Virus record (IMG/VR): IMGVR_UViG_3300007255_000006
Coordinates: 1 to 28,859 of that record
Length of the DNA: 28,859 bases
Reading direction: 5' to 3' (one strand)
Source: a virus
Taxonomy: Duplodnaviria > Caudoviricetes
Below the pieces are notes generated by a model. The model ran no database searches and was not told the DNA's origin. It saw only the letters and a list, made by a program, of their open reading frames with translations. Position numbers and translations under genes: made by a program. Shown here one piece after another: positions 1 through 8,885 of the stretch (the stretch's first letter is position 1; every line of letters starts with the position of its first letter).

Positions 1-101
1 TCATCATCTCTATTAATCCATTCATATTTGATAATTCTATAAATAGCTCTGACTTCTTCTAGCTTTAGCACTAATCCAGGTCTTACATCAGCAATGTTCA
101 T
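1..101 (-). CDS. hypothetical protein, 3' truncated by window edge (MNIADVRPGLVLKLEEVRAIYRIIKYEWINRDD...)
   Basis: Manually translated; ATG overlaps the upstream TGA (ATGA) and the frame stays open to base 1. Confidence 0.7.
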   Translation of the reverse strand, partial: MNIADVRPGLVLKLEEVRAIYRIIKYEWINRDD

Positions 102-1354
102 GTCCTTGCCCTTTGCTGAAGCTCTCTGAATCTGAGATAGCTCTCAAGTGGCTCACCAGATAAATGAATCATCCAATCTGAATTCTTACCAATACCAACC
201 TTAGTTCTTCTAACCCATCTCATTTCCATGAGAGTATCAATAATACGATCAATAGTAGTGCTGTCAAAATTACCATAACCTCTAACCAGAAGTTCAGTCC
301 TAGTGAGTTCTTGGTTGTCAGAGCTAATAAGATAGTCCACAACCTTCTTGGTAACCTGAGCCATTGGGTCAAGACCACCGCCTTCACTAGCCTTGCGGCT
401 AGCATAGATTAATCCTGTGACTTGCTCTATTGCTTCTTTGACGTCTGGCTCTAGGATAGTTCCACAACAATCATATCTTGCTAGACAAATGCACATAGAT
501 ATTTTCAGCACATGGTCTGGAACTCGATTGACAAACCCTGTCCTATCATTATAGATAGATTGATTAGCTCTCCACTCCCTACGCCAGCTATTGAATAGCT
601 CCCTAGCTTTCAGGTCTGGAATCATTTTCTTCTTGTTAGCGGCTATCTTAACTAGATGAGGAACATAGGTTGGAACAATATAGTTAGTAAATCTATCTTC
701 ATCAATGGATTCCTCTTCACTGTCAAGTAAGTCCAAATCTTTCGCTCTCTTCTCCTCATACACAACAAGATTACGTCCAATGTATCCTCCTTCAATGTTG
801 GCTTGTGGTATTGAATCATAAAAGTGAGCAGGGGAACTACCAAATAAGCAGGTAATGTAAGGCTCTTTAAGTTTCTCCGCACCGTCACCTTTAAGCAGGT
901 TAGTCCATTGGGGGTTGTAATTTCTATCATAGAGATCGGTAAGGATTGTAACGCTATCTGGGTCTGCAATAATAGCGGTGCTAAGCTCACCATTGACAAT
1001 AAATCCCCTCGAGTCAGTAATGATTGGTTTACCTTGAATGGACTTAGTAGTAGCCAGTTCCTTGATAATAGCCTGGATTGAACTTCTTCCTGCAATAACT
1101 CGTGTAGTCTCAGTGGCTTGGACGAGCCGTTTAGCAAGATTAACTGGAAATCCTTTACCAAGACCACTCTCCCCAAGAAGCATGACATATATATTCGGGT
1201 AGTATAGGAGATTTCCTTTTAAGGTTCTCAATGTATAAGCATTGGCTGCCGCTGATGATATACAACATACCAAACTCCAGTATAACCATGATATCGGAGT
1301 CTCTACGTCCTGATGTTCTTGCAACAGGTCTTGAATCCAAGATTTGGATTTCAT
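98..1354 (-). CDS. DUF3987-like P-loop ATPase, putative replicative helicase-type protein with C-terminal winged-helix-like region
   Basis: PNIYVMLLGESGLGKG Walker A, VNGEL at the Walker B position, GYIGRNLVV arginine-finger-like segment; directly downstream of the DNA polymerase. Confidence 0.7.
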   Translation of the reverse strand: MKSKSWIQDLLQEHQDVETPISWLYWSLVCCISSAAANAYTLRTLKGNLLYYPNIYVMLLGESGLGKGFPVNLAKRLVQATETTRVIAGRSSIQAIIKELATTKSIQGKPIITDSRGFIVNGELSTAIIADPDSVTILTDLYDRNYNPQWTNLLKGDGAEKLKEPYITCLFGSSPAHFYDSIPQANIEGGYIGRNLVVYEEKRAKDLDLLDSEEESIDEDRFTNYIVPTYVPHLVKIAANKKKMIPDLKARELFNSWRREWRANQSIYNDRTGFVNRVPDHVLKISMCICLARYDCCGTILEPDVKEAIEQVTGLIYASRKASEGGGLDPMAQVTKKVVDYLISSDNQELTRTELLVRGYGNFDSTTIDRIIDTLMEMRWVRRTKVGIGKNSDWMIHLSGEPLESYLRFRELQQRART

Positions 1355-1360
1355 TTGGAT

Positions 1361-3892
1361 TCAAGCAGCCATCTCCAATTTGACCTTTTCAAAGGCCCCG
1401 TAGTGTGTAGTAGATATTTCTATATCGCATGGGATGGTTAAGATGTAATCTCTCTTAAGACTACAGTAGAGAGAGAAGTCTATAGGAGCTTGCATGTGTT
1501 TCTTTAATAATTTAGCGTATGGCATCCAATTATTCTCAGGCACTTCCATTAGTAATTCGTCATGTTTCTCACCTATGAAGTAACCTTCTATATCATCCTG
1601 CCCTATTTCTTCCTCAATAGCGAGGGCAGCTCCTTGAACCAAATGTCCAACAGTTCTTTGTGGGATGTTCGCAAATCCTTCTTTAAATATCTCATCATCC
1701 ATTCTACCGTTAAATAAACGCACGCCACCAAAAGGATCGATAAGACAACGAGTTGATCTAATAACCTCAGTAATATCTGTCCAGAAATTGTCTTCGAGTC
1801 TGTTGTCTGCATTACGAAACTTCTCGATCATTACACCAGCTTTCCACTCACTAATGTTTATATCAATCTCAAACTTTTGTGCATCTGTGTTAAACTCTAA
1901 CATGAATCTGCCCTTACCCATCTTATAGTTACCAGCATGTCTAGTCTTCTTACCACAGAATCTCTCTGGGCCATCCTTCTCCATATCATCAACTACTGGT
2001 ATCTTGATAGGGCGTAAGTCTAAATTAGCCGTATAACCTAGAACCAATGCAGCCGTCCTGCGATGGATATCAATCTTATCGAAGACTTCTAGCAGATCCC
2101 ACTGTCTAGCTAAGACGGCTACAACTCTAGCCTCGGCTTGGCTTGCATCTGCTTTGACAAATACCTTGCCAGGTCTAGGTCTAAGCATGGACTTAATGTC
2201 TTTTGCAAGCCTGCCATGAGCTGAGATAGTGTGGAATGCAAGACCAATCTTCTTTGGACGTAACGGCTTCTTAAGGATTCCTGTAGATGACCTACAAGTT
2301 TCCGTTGCGCTGATATTATAGATAGTCTTGCATGTTCCGTCATAATCAGGGCAGAAATTAATATATCTAGATTTTTGATCTCTAATTCTTCTTTCTTCAA
2401 GAACATCTGTGAGGATTTCCTTGTGACCTTTTTTCTTGGCATGATTAGCCATTAACCTCACAATAGTTTCTTCAGCCGTTGGATTTCGTCTCATCAACTT
2501 AAACTTCATCTCTTTATAAAGAAGCTCGAATATATTGGGATAACTCTTAACATTCAAATCATGCCCAACTCGTTCTACTAGACGTTCATGAACTACACGT
2601 TGCATCTCTGTATATTTCTTCTTTAACTCTTTCTGTCTGGAGAGATCTACATCGAATCCTACATTCTCCATACGTAGATAGAATTTGTGCTTTTTCATCA
2701 TATAATCATAATAGTAAGAGAGAAGAGGAACACCATACTTCTCTCCTAATTCTATTAAATCCTTATCCTGTTCTTCATCAACTTCTTTCTCAACAGCCGA
2801 ATCCTTGGCGTTATATAGTAGTAATTTTTCGATTGGCTGTTTGCCAAGCTTAAATTCCTTTCCCTCATCCTTGTAGAAGGGCTCTCTTGTCCACAAAGAG
2901 CTGACATCACAGAGCCTCTTCTGTGGCATCTCAGGGAATATAACTCTAGTCTTAATTAATGTGTCACTAACTACATTCATGGTTCTGAAACGTCTATCAC
3001 CAAACCCTGCAAGAGTTAGCTTGAACTCATCATACTTGAAGTTATGGCCTACTAGCATCAATCTTGCTAATTGTATAGCAACCATTTTCCATACTTCGTC
3101 CATCTCATTATCACCCATATCAGTAAGTTTATGCTTTCCAATAGAGCGAAGAAGAGGAACAGATATAGCATGATGACGGTTGAAGGCGAAGCTAATACAT
3201 ACAGGAATGCAGTTGATAGACTCAATATCAGAAGTTGCTTTGTTGAGTTTCTCATACTCACTGAAGAACCTATAGAGATCAAGAGAGGAGTTTGCCACAG
3301 ACAGAGTGCGGCTTGGTAGAACAAGAGAGGAGGTAAGAGACTCTTCGACGGCTCTAATTATATCAGATTCAATCAGTTTTAGATATGTCCATTCTAATCC
3401 ACCCTTAGCTTCATCTTCACCTTCTGATCTATTAAAGAGTGCAGCAGGATGGATAGTAGGGACACACTTCGTGATGCCATCACGTGATGTTAGAATGCTG
3501 CCACGATAATCTAATATCCCACTTGGCTTACCATTCTTTTCTGTAACACCCATACCTACAATAGCTTCTAGAGCATAATTCCCAACGGCTAGAATACAGT
3601 TAGGTTTGAGTCTCTTAATCTCGTTATCCCACAGCTCTTTTATACAGTCTTCTATGTTTACACCAATCAGGTGTAATTTAGACATGTCATTGAGCGGTGG
3701 ACGAAATTTAATTACATTAGTAATGTAGCAGTCTGATCTCCTAATACCAGCCTTGAATAATAGCTCATTAAGTATCTGCCCAGTAGGACCAGAGAATGGT
3801 ATTCCAGTTTCATCTTCATGTTTACCAGGTGCTTCACCCACTATCATTAATTTAGGTTCAAGTGAACCAACGCCACCTATGTAATTGGGCAT
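1361..3892 (-). CDS. polA: family A DNA polymerase with N-terminal family-4 uracil-DNA glycosylase-like domain and 3'-5' exonuclease (SPO1-like architecture)
   Basis: UDG motifs VGEAPG..ED..G.PFSG, YITNVIKFRPP, TIHPAA; exonuclease motifs SDIES, GHNFKYD, YNAKD; polymerase motif A DASQAEAR, motif B KKTRHAGNY, motif C HDELL. Confidence 0.95.
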   Translation of the reverse strand: MPNYIGGVGSLEPKLMIVGEAPGKHEDETGIPFSGPTGQILNELLFKAGIRRSDCYITNVIKFRPPLNDMSKLHLIGVNIEDCIKELWDNEIKRLKPNCILAVGNYALEAIVGMGVTEKNGKPSGILDYRGSILTSRDGITKCVPTIHPAALFNRSEGEDEAKGGLEWTYLKLIESDIIRAVEESLTSSLVLPSRTLSVANSSLDLYRFFSEYEKLNKATSDIESINCIPVCISFAFNRHHAISVPLLRSIGKHKLTDMGDNEMDEVWKMVAIQLARLMLVGHNFKYDEFKLTLAGFGDRRFRTMNVVSDTLIKTRVIFPEMPQKRLCDVSSLWTREPFYKDEGKEFKLGKQPIEKLLLYNAKDSAVEKEVDEEQDKDLIELGEKYGVPLLSYYYDYMMKKHKFYLRMENVGFDVDLSRQKELKKKYTEMQRVVHERLVERVGHDLNVKSYPNIFELLYKEMKFKLMRRNPTAEETIVRLMANHAKKKGHKEILTDVLEERRIRDQKSRYINFCPDYDGTCKTIYNISATETCRSSTGILKKPLRPKKIGLAFHTISAHGRLAKDIKSMLRPRPGKVFVKADASQAEARVVAVLARQWDLLEVFDKIDIHRRTAALVLGYTANLDLRPIKIPVVDDMEKDGPERFCGKKTRHAGNYKMGKGRFMLEFNTDAQKFEIDINISEWKAGVMIEKFRNADNRLEDNFWTDITEVIRSTRCLIDPFGGVRLFNGRMDDEIFKEGFANIPQRTVGHLVQGAALAIEEEIGQDDIEGYFIGEKHDELLMEVPENNWMPYAKLLKKHMQAPIDFSLYCSLKRDYILTIPCDIEISTTHYGAFEKVKLEMAA

Positions 3893-3893
3893 A

Positions 3894-4172
3894 TCAATCT
3901 AATCTAATTTCTGTCATCATGTGCTTTCTTCTATTACGAATGAAGGCGAGTGCTTGATAAGCATACTTAAATTCCTTTATCTTACTCTCATGTGTCCTAA
4001 GCCAACTAGCTATCAGTAAATCTTCGCAGATACTACCTAGACTTCTCTTCAGAGTCTTGGCTGTATCTGTTATCGTCCAGCCTTCATCTTCCCTTAGTTT
4101 GTTACAGTGATAATTATGGGTTTGTATTGACCGCTCTAGCCATGTTTGTTTGATTAGTTCTTTTCTGCTCAT
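3894..4172 (-). CDS. small helix-turn-helix protein (resembles the ParB-type HTH segment)
   Basis: GWTITDTAKTLKRSLGSICEDL fits an HTH pattern; stop codon abuts the polymerase start. Confidence 0.55.
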   Translation of the reverse strand: MSRKELIKQTWLERSIQTHNYHCNKLREDEGWTITDTAKTLKRSLGSICEDLLIASWLRTHESKIKEFKYAYQALAFIRNRRKHMMTEIRLD

Positions 4173-4455
4173 TCAGCAACTCCAGCAGGTTAGAGAACTT
4201 TGTCTCTTTAGTGAAGTGAAGAGCTTTTGCCCTGCTGGGGTAGTCACGGGCAGTGAATTCTAATACTATCATCTCTCTATTTCTGATAAGTTCTTCATAG
4301 GCATCATGGTATTCATCTGAGATGAGCATCACTGGACCAATAGTAGACATAATCTTCATTACAATCTCTACATCACTAATGCCATTTTGTAGTCTGACAA
4401 ACTTAAGAATCAGTTTCTTAAGTCTATCCTTTCCTTCTTCTTTCGTTTCTATCAT
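4114..4455 (-). CDS. hypothetical protein (113 aa; start revised to MIETKEE)
   Basis: GGAGGA Shine-Dalgarno just before ATG at 4455; the upstream extension in the ORF track covers a structured spacer. Confidence 0.7.
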   Translation of the reverse strand: MIETKEEGKDRLKKLILKFVRLQNGISDVEIVMKIMSTIGPVMLISDEYHDAYEELIRNREMIVLEFTARDYPSRAKALHFTKETKFSNLLELLNEQKRTNQTNMARAVNTNP

Positions 4456-4474
4456 AACTCTTCCTCCAAAAGAG

Positions 4475-4581
4475 TCTGGGATGGTATGTGACAGCCTCTC
4501 ACTTTGCTGCTGACTTATTTTGTCCACTCGGTCTGTTTCACCCGGCTCGTGTCTAGAAGCATTATTCGCCAGCATCCCAGA
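4475..4581 (-). ncRNA. candidate structured RNA element
   Basis: Perfect 9-bp closing inverted repeat TCTGGGATG (4475-4483)/CATCCCAGA (4573-4581) enclosing several short hairpins in an intergenic gap. Confidence 0.35.
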
Positions 4582-4591
4582 ACATCTCATG

Positions 4592-4972
4592 CTAGGTCAG
4601 AGGTTTGAAGTCAACGACATCGTTGAATTCATTGCCCTTATTGCTCTTGCCGCGTTTGATGAAGATCATCAGCTTACTGTTGATAGTCTGCTCAAACAAC
4701 TGAGTGCTAAGCTCATATCCCTTAACGATGTCATATGGAAAGTTCAATGTCTTCCATAGATTCTTACCAAATCCGAGAGCCTTCTCATTGAAGAGACGGC
4801 GTGGAGTAATTCCCTTATTAGGGCCGTCGATAAGCTTGAATATGAATATACAGTTAGTGGAACCATCCGTATCAGCAGGCTCTTCTTTATATTCAATAAT
4901 CTCAGCCGGATGCCATCCGACTTCTGCTAGATCACCTTTCTTAAGATCATCTGGTGTAAGAACTGCTCTCAT
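4592..4972 (-). CDS. DUF669-like single-stranded DNA-binding protein
   Basis: GWHPAEIIEYKE N-terminus and GNEFNDVVDF C-terminus fit this OB-fold family; located downstream of an AAA_24 ATPase. Confidence 0.65.
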   Translation of the reverse strand: MRAVLTPDDLKKGDLAEVGWHPAEIIEYKEEPADTDGSTNCIFIFKLIDGPNKGITPRRLFNEKALGFGKNLWKTLNFPYDIVKGYELSTQLFEQTINSKLMIFIKRGKSNKGNEFNDVVDFKPLT

Positions 4973-4990
4973 GGTTGGTTGTCCTTTCGG

Positions 4991-5878
4991 CTAGACTTTC
5001 CACTTAGTAGCAAATGGATTGGCTAGCACTGTCTGCTCAGTCGCGCTTGCTGTTGGTTCTGCTTTAGATTCTACAATTTTACTTTGAGCAGCATCAATCG
5101 CCTCTTTCCATACTTCATAGAAAAGTTTATTAGTGAAATCTAATTCTTTATAGTGAGAACCTAGAAGTGGAGACTTAGCAAACTCATCTCCAATGCTATC
5201 CATCATAGCTACATATCTCTTAGTAGTTTTACCATCAGCATAATCATTCTGCTGACTAAAGTGATATATCTCAGTGAACCCACCAGGCACCATAGCGGCT
5301 ACCTTACTTCCATAGCTAACTAAGGAATTAACTTTCGTAACTCTCATCGAGTTACCACCACCTTCTACTCTCGTAGTAGGCAATGGATGTGCAGTCCAAA
5401 TCACATGGCATGGAAGCTTCTTAGACAAATCGATACACTGAGTAATCAATGATGTCTCTACCTTATACTCATCCCAATCAGGTAGTATATCTTTAATCTT
5501 CTTGTGCAGCTTCTTATCTTTACCAAAATTAAGAGACCAGTTAACCGCACTAGCTGTCATGAATGTTAGACTATCATTGATAACAGCAGTATATCTACAG
5601 TCCTGAACTAAATCTATAACCTTGTTTAGATACTCATTAGCATTCTCGGCAGAGTAAACCTCAAATGTAATGTTATCCATTATCTGTTCAGATTTAGCTC
5701 CAAATCGCTCTTTAGTAAAGAATGTTAGGAGTTCTATAGGACGCTTCTTATCCCAGTAAGACATGAATACAGGCCCTTGCAATGCAAAGCTAGCGGCTGC
5801 TAATGTTTTACCAAAGCCAAATGGCCCCTTAAATAGCATTGATTGTGGACTATCTAATGTAAGATCACTTGCTTTCAC
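4991..5878 (-). CDS. AAA_24/Sak4-like ATPase (recombination or annealing protein)
   Basis: GPFGFGKT Walker A, AVINDSLT Walker B, HVIWTAH motif; nuclease-ATPase-SSB gene order; GTG start with AGGAGG. Confidence 0.8.
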   Translation of the reverse strand: MKASDLTLDSPQSMLFKGPFGFGKTLAAASFALQGPVFMSYWDKKRPIELLTFFTKERFGAKSEQIMDNITFEVYSAENANEYLNKVIDLVQDCRYTAVINDSLTFMTASAVNWSLNFGKDKKLHKKIKDILPDWDEYKVETSLITQCIDLSKKLPCHVIWTAHPLPTTRVEGGGNSMRVTKVNSLVSYGSKVAAMVPGGFTEIYHFSQQNDYADGKTTKRYVAMMDSIGDEFAKSPLLGSHYKELDFTNKLFYEVWKEAIDAAQSKIVESKAEPTASATEQTVLANPFATKWKV

Positions 5879-6041
5879 TTATCTGCCTCCTTAAACGTCT
5901 CACTTCCCTTATAAGCCTAAACAACAATCTCCTACGCCTATTTTCCTTTAGGCTCTTAGCTAGAAACCTTTTAGCTTCTTTACCGCATAGATGATATACA
6001 TGGACATCCAAGCATGGTCCTCCTAATTCTACACCTATCAT
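5865..6041 (-). CDS. small basic protein, 58 aa (MIGVELGGPCLDVHVYHLCGKEAKRFLAKSLKENRRRRLLFRLIREVRRLRRQISESK)
   Basis: Manually translated; ATGA overlap with the upstream stop; fills the gap between flanking genes. Confidence 0.6.
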   Translation of the reverse strand: MIGVELGGPCLDVHVYHLCGKEAKRFLAKSLKENRRRRLLFRLIREVRRLRRQISESK

Positions 6042-6430
6042 ATGTCTTCCTCGTTGTCTGGCTGACCGGCTAAGTTGCTATGTATCACACCTATAAGGCG
6101 GCTACGTAGATCTCTAGCTGAGCTCTGCGTTCTAATAGCCTCCATTATGTCTTCTTTAGTTGGTAGGACTGGAACTTGCAGAGTGATAATATCTTTATCT
6201 TCATGAGAAGATTTTGGCTTGTGACACTTCTCACAATGAGGCTTAGCCAACCTAATGGAATATTCATTCATGATGAATGGCTCGCCACAACGCCAGCAAA
6301 TGGATCGTTTCCCTAATGATAAAGACGTTATAATTTTGAATTTACAATCTGGCATTGTGCAGAAGTAGACAGCACTGCCAGTCTTGTATGTATGTCTCCT
6401 TAATTTATGAACGTGTTGCTCCTTTGTCAT
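6038..6430 (-). CDS. Cys/His-rich zinc-finger protein
   Basis: HVH, CTMPDC, CWRC, CEKC motifs. Confidence 0.7.
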   Translation of the reverse strand: MTKEQHVHKLRRHTYKTGSAVYFCTMPDCKFKIITSLSLGKRSICWRCGEPFIMNEYSIRLAKPHCEKCHKPKSSHEDKDIITLQVPVLPTKEDIMEAIRTQSSARDLRSRLIGVIHSNLAGQPDNEEDI

Positions 6431-6469
6431 TGTTTCTTCTCACTAAGGATCTCTGTCAAATTTAAAAGC

Positions 6470-6650
6470 GGCAGACCCACTGAACGTCTTCGCCGTAAAT
6501 GATAGGCGTAAGCACCGTGAATGAGTCTGCCTGTCAGTCTGCTATTCGCACCTATTAAGGTCTGATTACTCAACCTTCGCGTTCAGCATTAAATCTGTAG
6601 ACCTAGCTTACTAGCTACACGATTTGTTGTAACCCACGAAGGCAGACTGA
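6470..6650 (-). ncRNA. candidate structured RNA (two adjacent long stem-loop domains)
   Basis: Inverted repeats 6470-6479/6522-6531 and 6534-6542/6642-6650 with nested helices; no convincing ORF in the 223-bp gap. Confidence 0.5.
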
Positions 6651-6653
6651 GTA

Positions 6654-7598
6654 TTAATCTTTTTTTAACTTCGCTGTAACATCCCAGGGGGACGAAACTA
6701 AAAATCCCTCAGTTAGCTTATATAGTTTATTCTCAGCACCACTAGTATCACATACCTCATAATATTCACACTTACGATTAAACTTCCAACAGCTAGTAAA
6801 ATTCATACGCCACACTCCGGTAGCTACACATTCTAGATATTCATGCAAGATACCATGAATAGTATTGTTCTTCCAATCTTCCAAAATGAGAGGATCGTAT
6901 GATAGTGGAACTCTTTTGAATTTCTCTTCAGATGGCTTAGGAGTTTTAGCCTCTGGATCATGCAAGCCAATACGATTGCAAATCAAATAATGACTGCCCG
7001 TTGCAACACAATAGTTCTGAAATTGATTGGACAAATGTGGAACTTCAAACTCACGACTGTAGGTCTTGTGGTCCATTGGAAGATTCTTGTATTCTGAAGC
7101 CCTCCCAATCTGCGGCATATTATATAGGACATCTATCTTACCAGATATGATGATACGAACATAATCATCCTCAAATAGAACGTAAGCAAATACTCTTTCT
7201 ACTTCTAATACTTCCATTTGTTCATCTTCAAATCTCCAATAATCACAGCTCTCTTCAACAGCTTGTATAACTCGTTTCGTTTCCTCTTCGTTAAGATTGC
7301 ATTGGTCTGGGTCACAGCTTACTAGACGCATTCGCTGTAAAGCTGCATGCATCCTATCATTATAGTGAATCCCTTCCTTAAGTTTATTGAAATAAACTTC
7401 TAATCCTTCATGAGCTAATCCACCTGAATCAAGGGCTTGGCTCTTCTTAGACATTGGAAGAGTTCTATTCATATTATGGTGCATATTATATCGAGCCTTA
7501 CATAGCTCGAATAGATCCCACATGCTCATATCAAGTATGATATTTACTTTACTACCTGACTTGTCTATTACTATACCATTGCTAGTCTGTTCAGTCAT
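6654..7598 (-). CDS. PD-(D/E)XK exonuclease, Cas4/AddB-like
   Basis: G.LAHEGLE, EVE, SGKID, DHKT, QFQNY motifs; one N-terminal and three C-terminal Cys (ELCKARY; SCWKFNRKCEYYEVC) fit an Fe-S staple. Confidence 0.85.
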   Translation of the reverse strand: MTEQTSNGIVIDKSGSKVNIILDMSMWDLFELCKARYNMHHNMNRTLPMSKKSQALDSGGLAHEGLEVYFNKLKEGIHYNDRMHAALQRMRLVSCDPDQCNLNEEETKRVIQAVEESCDYWRFEDEQMEVLEVERVFAYVLFEDDYVRIIISGKIDVLYNMPQIGRASEYKNLPMDHKTYSREFEVPHLSNQFQNYCVATGSHYLICNRIGLHDPEAKTPKPSEEKFKRVPLSYDPLILEDWKNNTIHGILHEYLECVATGVWRMNFTSCWKFNRKCEYYEVCDTSGAENKLYKLTEGFLVSSPWDVTAKLKKD

Positions 7599-7905
7599 TT
7601 GTTATTCTCATAGACAGATTCAAGAGAGCAGCTTCCAATCCACATGTGCAACTTCCAGGCGTAAATAGGTGGAAGCGTAAATTACCAATATTATGGTGGA
7701 TGTAGTTCGAATCTAGATAATCGCACTTGTGACATTTAAGAGCTAGGCAGCCCATTGAGTGCTGACCATACTTTTGCAGCGCCTCAATGAGCATAACAAT
7801 CTGCTCCAACAATCGTTTCTGATCACGCTGCTGAGCATCACACTGCTGTCTTAGATGTTGGATAATCAGAGCATTCTGCTGAGAATCTTCTTGAATCTTG
7901 TCCAC
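7591..7905 (-). CDS. hypothetical protein, coiled coil plus Cys/His cluster
   Basis: Overlaps both neighbours; H...C, CHKC and CTCG motifs. Confidence 0.7.
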   Translation of the reverse strand: MDKIQEDSQQNALIIQHLRQQCDAQQRDQKRLLEQIVMLIEALQKYGQHSMGCLALKCHKCDYLDSNYIHHNIGNLRFHLFTPGSCTCGLEAALLNLSMRITND

Positions 7906-8123
7906 TCTAAGTCCTCCTGCTCTTTAGGAGCACCATGAATTGAGGCATAACGCCTAAATGCCTTTTCTACTATCTGTAAGACTAAAGGCTTAAGTTCTTT
8001 CTCAATACCTTCAATATCAAATTTACTTTCTTCAGCCTTATCATGATAAGGTTGTGTATATACATTGCGGCTAAATCCTCTACTTTTTAATTTGTCCATT
8101 CTTTCTCTTTCTATCAAACTCAT
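7866..8123 (-). CDS. hypothetical protein (start may be 8099)
   Basis: Co-oriented ORF filling the operon. Confidence 0.6.
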   Translation of the reverse strand: MSLIERERMDKLKSRGFSRNVYTQPYHDKAEESKFDIEGIEKELKPLVLQIVEKAFRRYASIHGAPKEQEDLEWTRFKKILSRML

Positions 8124-8313
8124 TCCTAGCCCTGCGTGCTCTTCTAATATTCTCTATATGTTCAGTTGTCCAATTGATGACAATGAACCGAAGCACCTCT
8201 GACCGTGTCTCACCATATGTTGTTCCAACCATATCATCTATTAAGAAAGCACAACCTGGTGGTATATGAGTTACATATTTGATATTGTTAAGAGCTTCAG
8301 GCTTTCTAAACAT
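8080..8313 (-). CDS. ribbon-helix-helix (CopG/Arc-like) DNA-binding protein
   Basis: YVTHIP strand, LIDDMV helix and YGETRSEVLRFIV helix follow the RHH pattern. Confidence 0.6.
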   Translation of the reverse strand: MFRKPEALNNIKYVTHIPPGCAFLIDDMVGTTYGETRSEVLRFIVINWTTEHIENIRRARRARNEFDRKRKNGQIKK

Positions 8314-8384
8314 TTTATTTCCAATCAGATCTAATCTTTACGAAGTCATCCTTACGATAGTATTTGAACCATCTCTCAATGAAT

Positions 8385-8645
8385 CTAAGCAATTTTAGTA
8401 GCAAGAAACTCTCTCCTTCTTCTAGCAAACTCAGTTGATAGAATGCTAAGCCATTGTCTTCTCAGTTCATCAGGGGCATCATATCTAGACTTACCAAGTC
8501 CCTGAAGTTTGAGCATGGCATTCTCTAAGTGCCTATCAACCATCATATTAACTCTTGTTCGTCCATCCCACCATAGCATTCCTATATCGTCTGGCATCTC
8601 TAGTGGAAGAGCATAGAGTTCTTTTTTATTTGAATCAGACATCAA
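8385..8645 (-). CDS. hypothetical protein
   Basis: Co-oriented ORF overlapping the upstream stop. Confidence 0.65.
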   Translation of the reverse strand: MMSDSNKKELYALPLEMPDDIGMLWWDGRTRVNMMVDRHLENAMLKLQGLGKSRYDAPDELRRQWLSILSTEFARRRREFLATKIA

Positions 8646-8869
8646 TTAAACCCATTAATAAAGTCGATTACTTCTTGTCTAGTCATATGAGGCTTCATCA
8701 TTAGCTGCATTGCACATAATGATTGAAGAGTCTCATCACAAGTTTCAGGATGTTTTCTTAAATCAGACATCATAGATATGATGCCTTGATAAGGCTTATT
8801 TTCATAATCCATCTCTAATATTGCTCTTTGTTTGCACCATGCTATATGTTCTTGTCTGGTTCCACCCAT
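8642..8869 (-). CDS. hypothetical protein (75 aa; start revised to MGGTRQEH)
   Basis: GGAGGA ahead of ATG at 8869; revised start removes a long overlap with the upstream gene. Confidence 0.7.
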   Translation of the reverse strand: MGGTRQEHIAWCKQRAILEMDYENKPYQGIISMMSDLRKHPETCDETLQSLCAMQLMMKPHMTRQEVIDFINGFN

Positions 8870-8885
8870 CTCATTTCCTCCAATT

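Noticed and set aside
220-3509. Alternate-frame and antisense ORFs inside the ATPase and polymerase genes (likewise inside terL, portal, scaffold and capsid genes)
   Set aside because: Fully nested in motif-bearing genes, with no RBS or recognisable motifs
1361-3892. UDG-PolA fusion as proof of a uracil- or hydroxymethyluracil-substituted genome
   Set aside because: No nucleotide-modification genes are recognisable in this window, and the fusion alone does not show base substitution
4475-4581. Cloverleaf-like fold as a tRNA
   Set aside because: No TTCRA T-loop, no standard D-loop or anticodon arm geometry, no CCA after the stem
6534-6650. GGUUACAA and UAAUGC as twister ribozyme signatures
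   Set aside because: I could not build the two pseudoknots or the correct order of conserved elements
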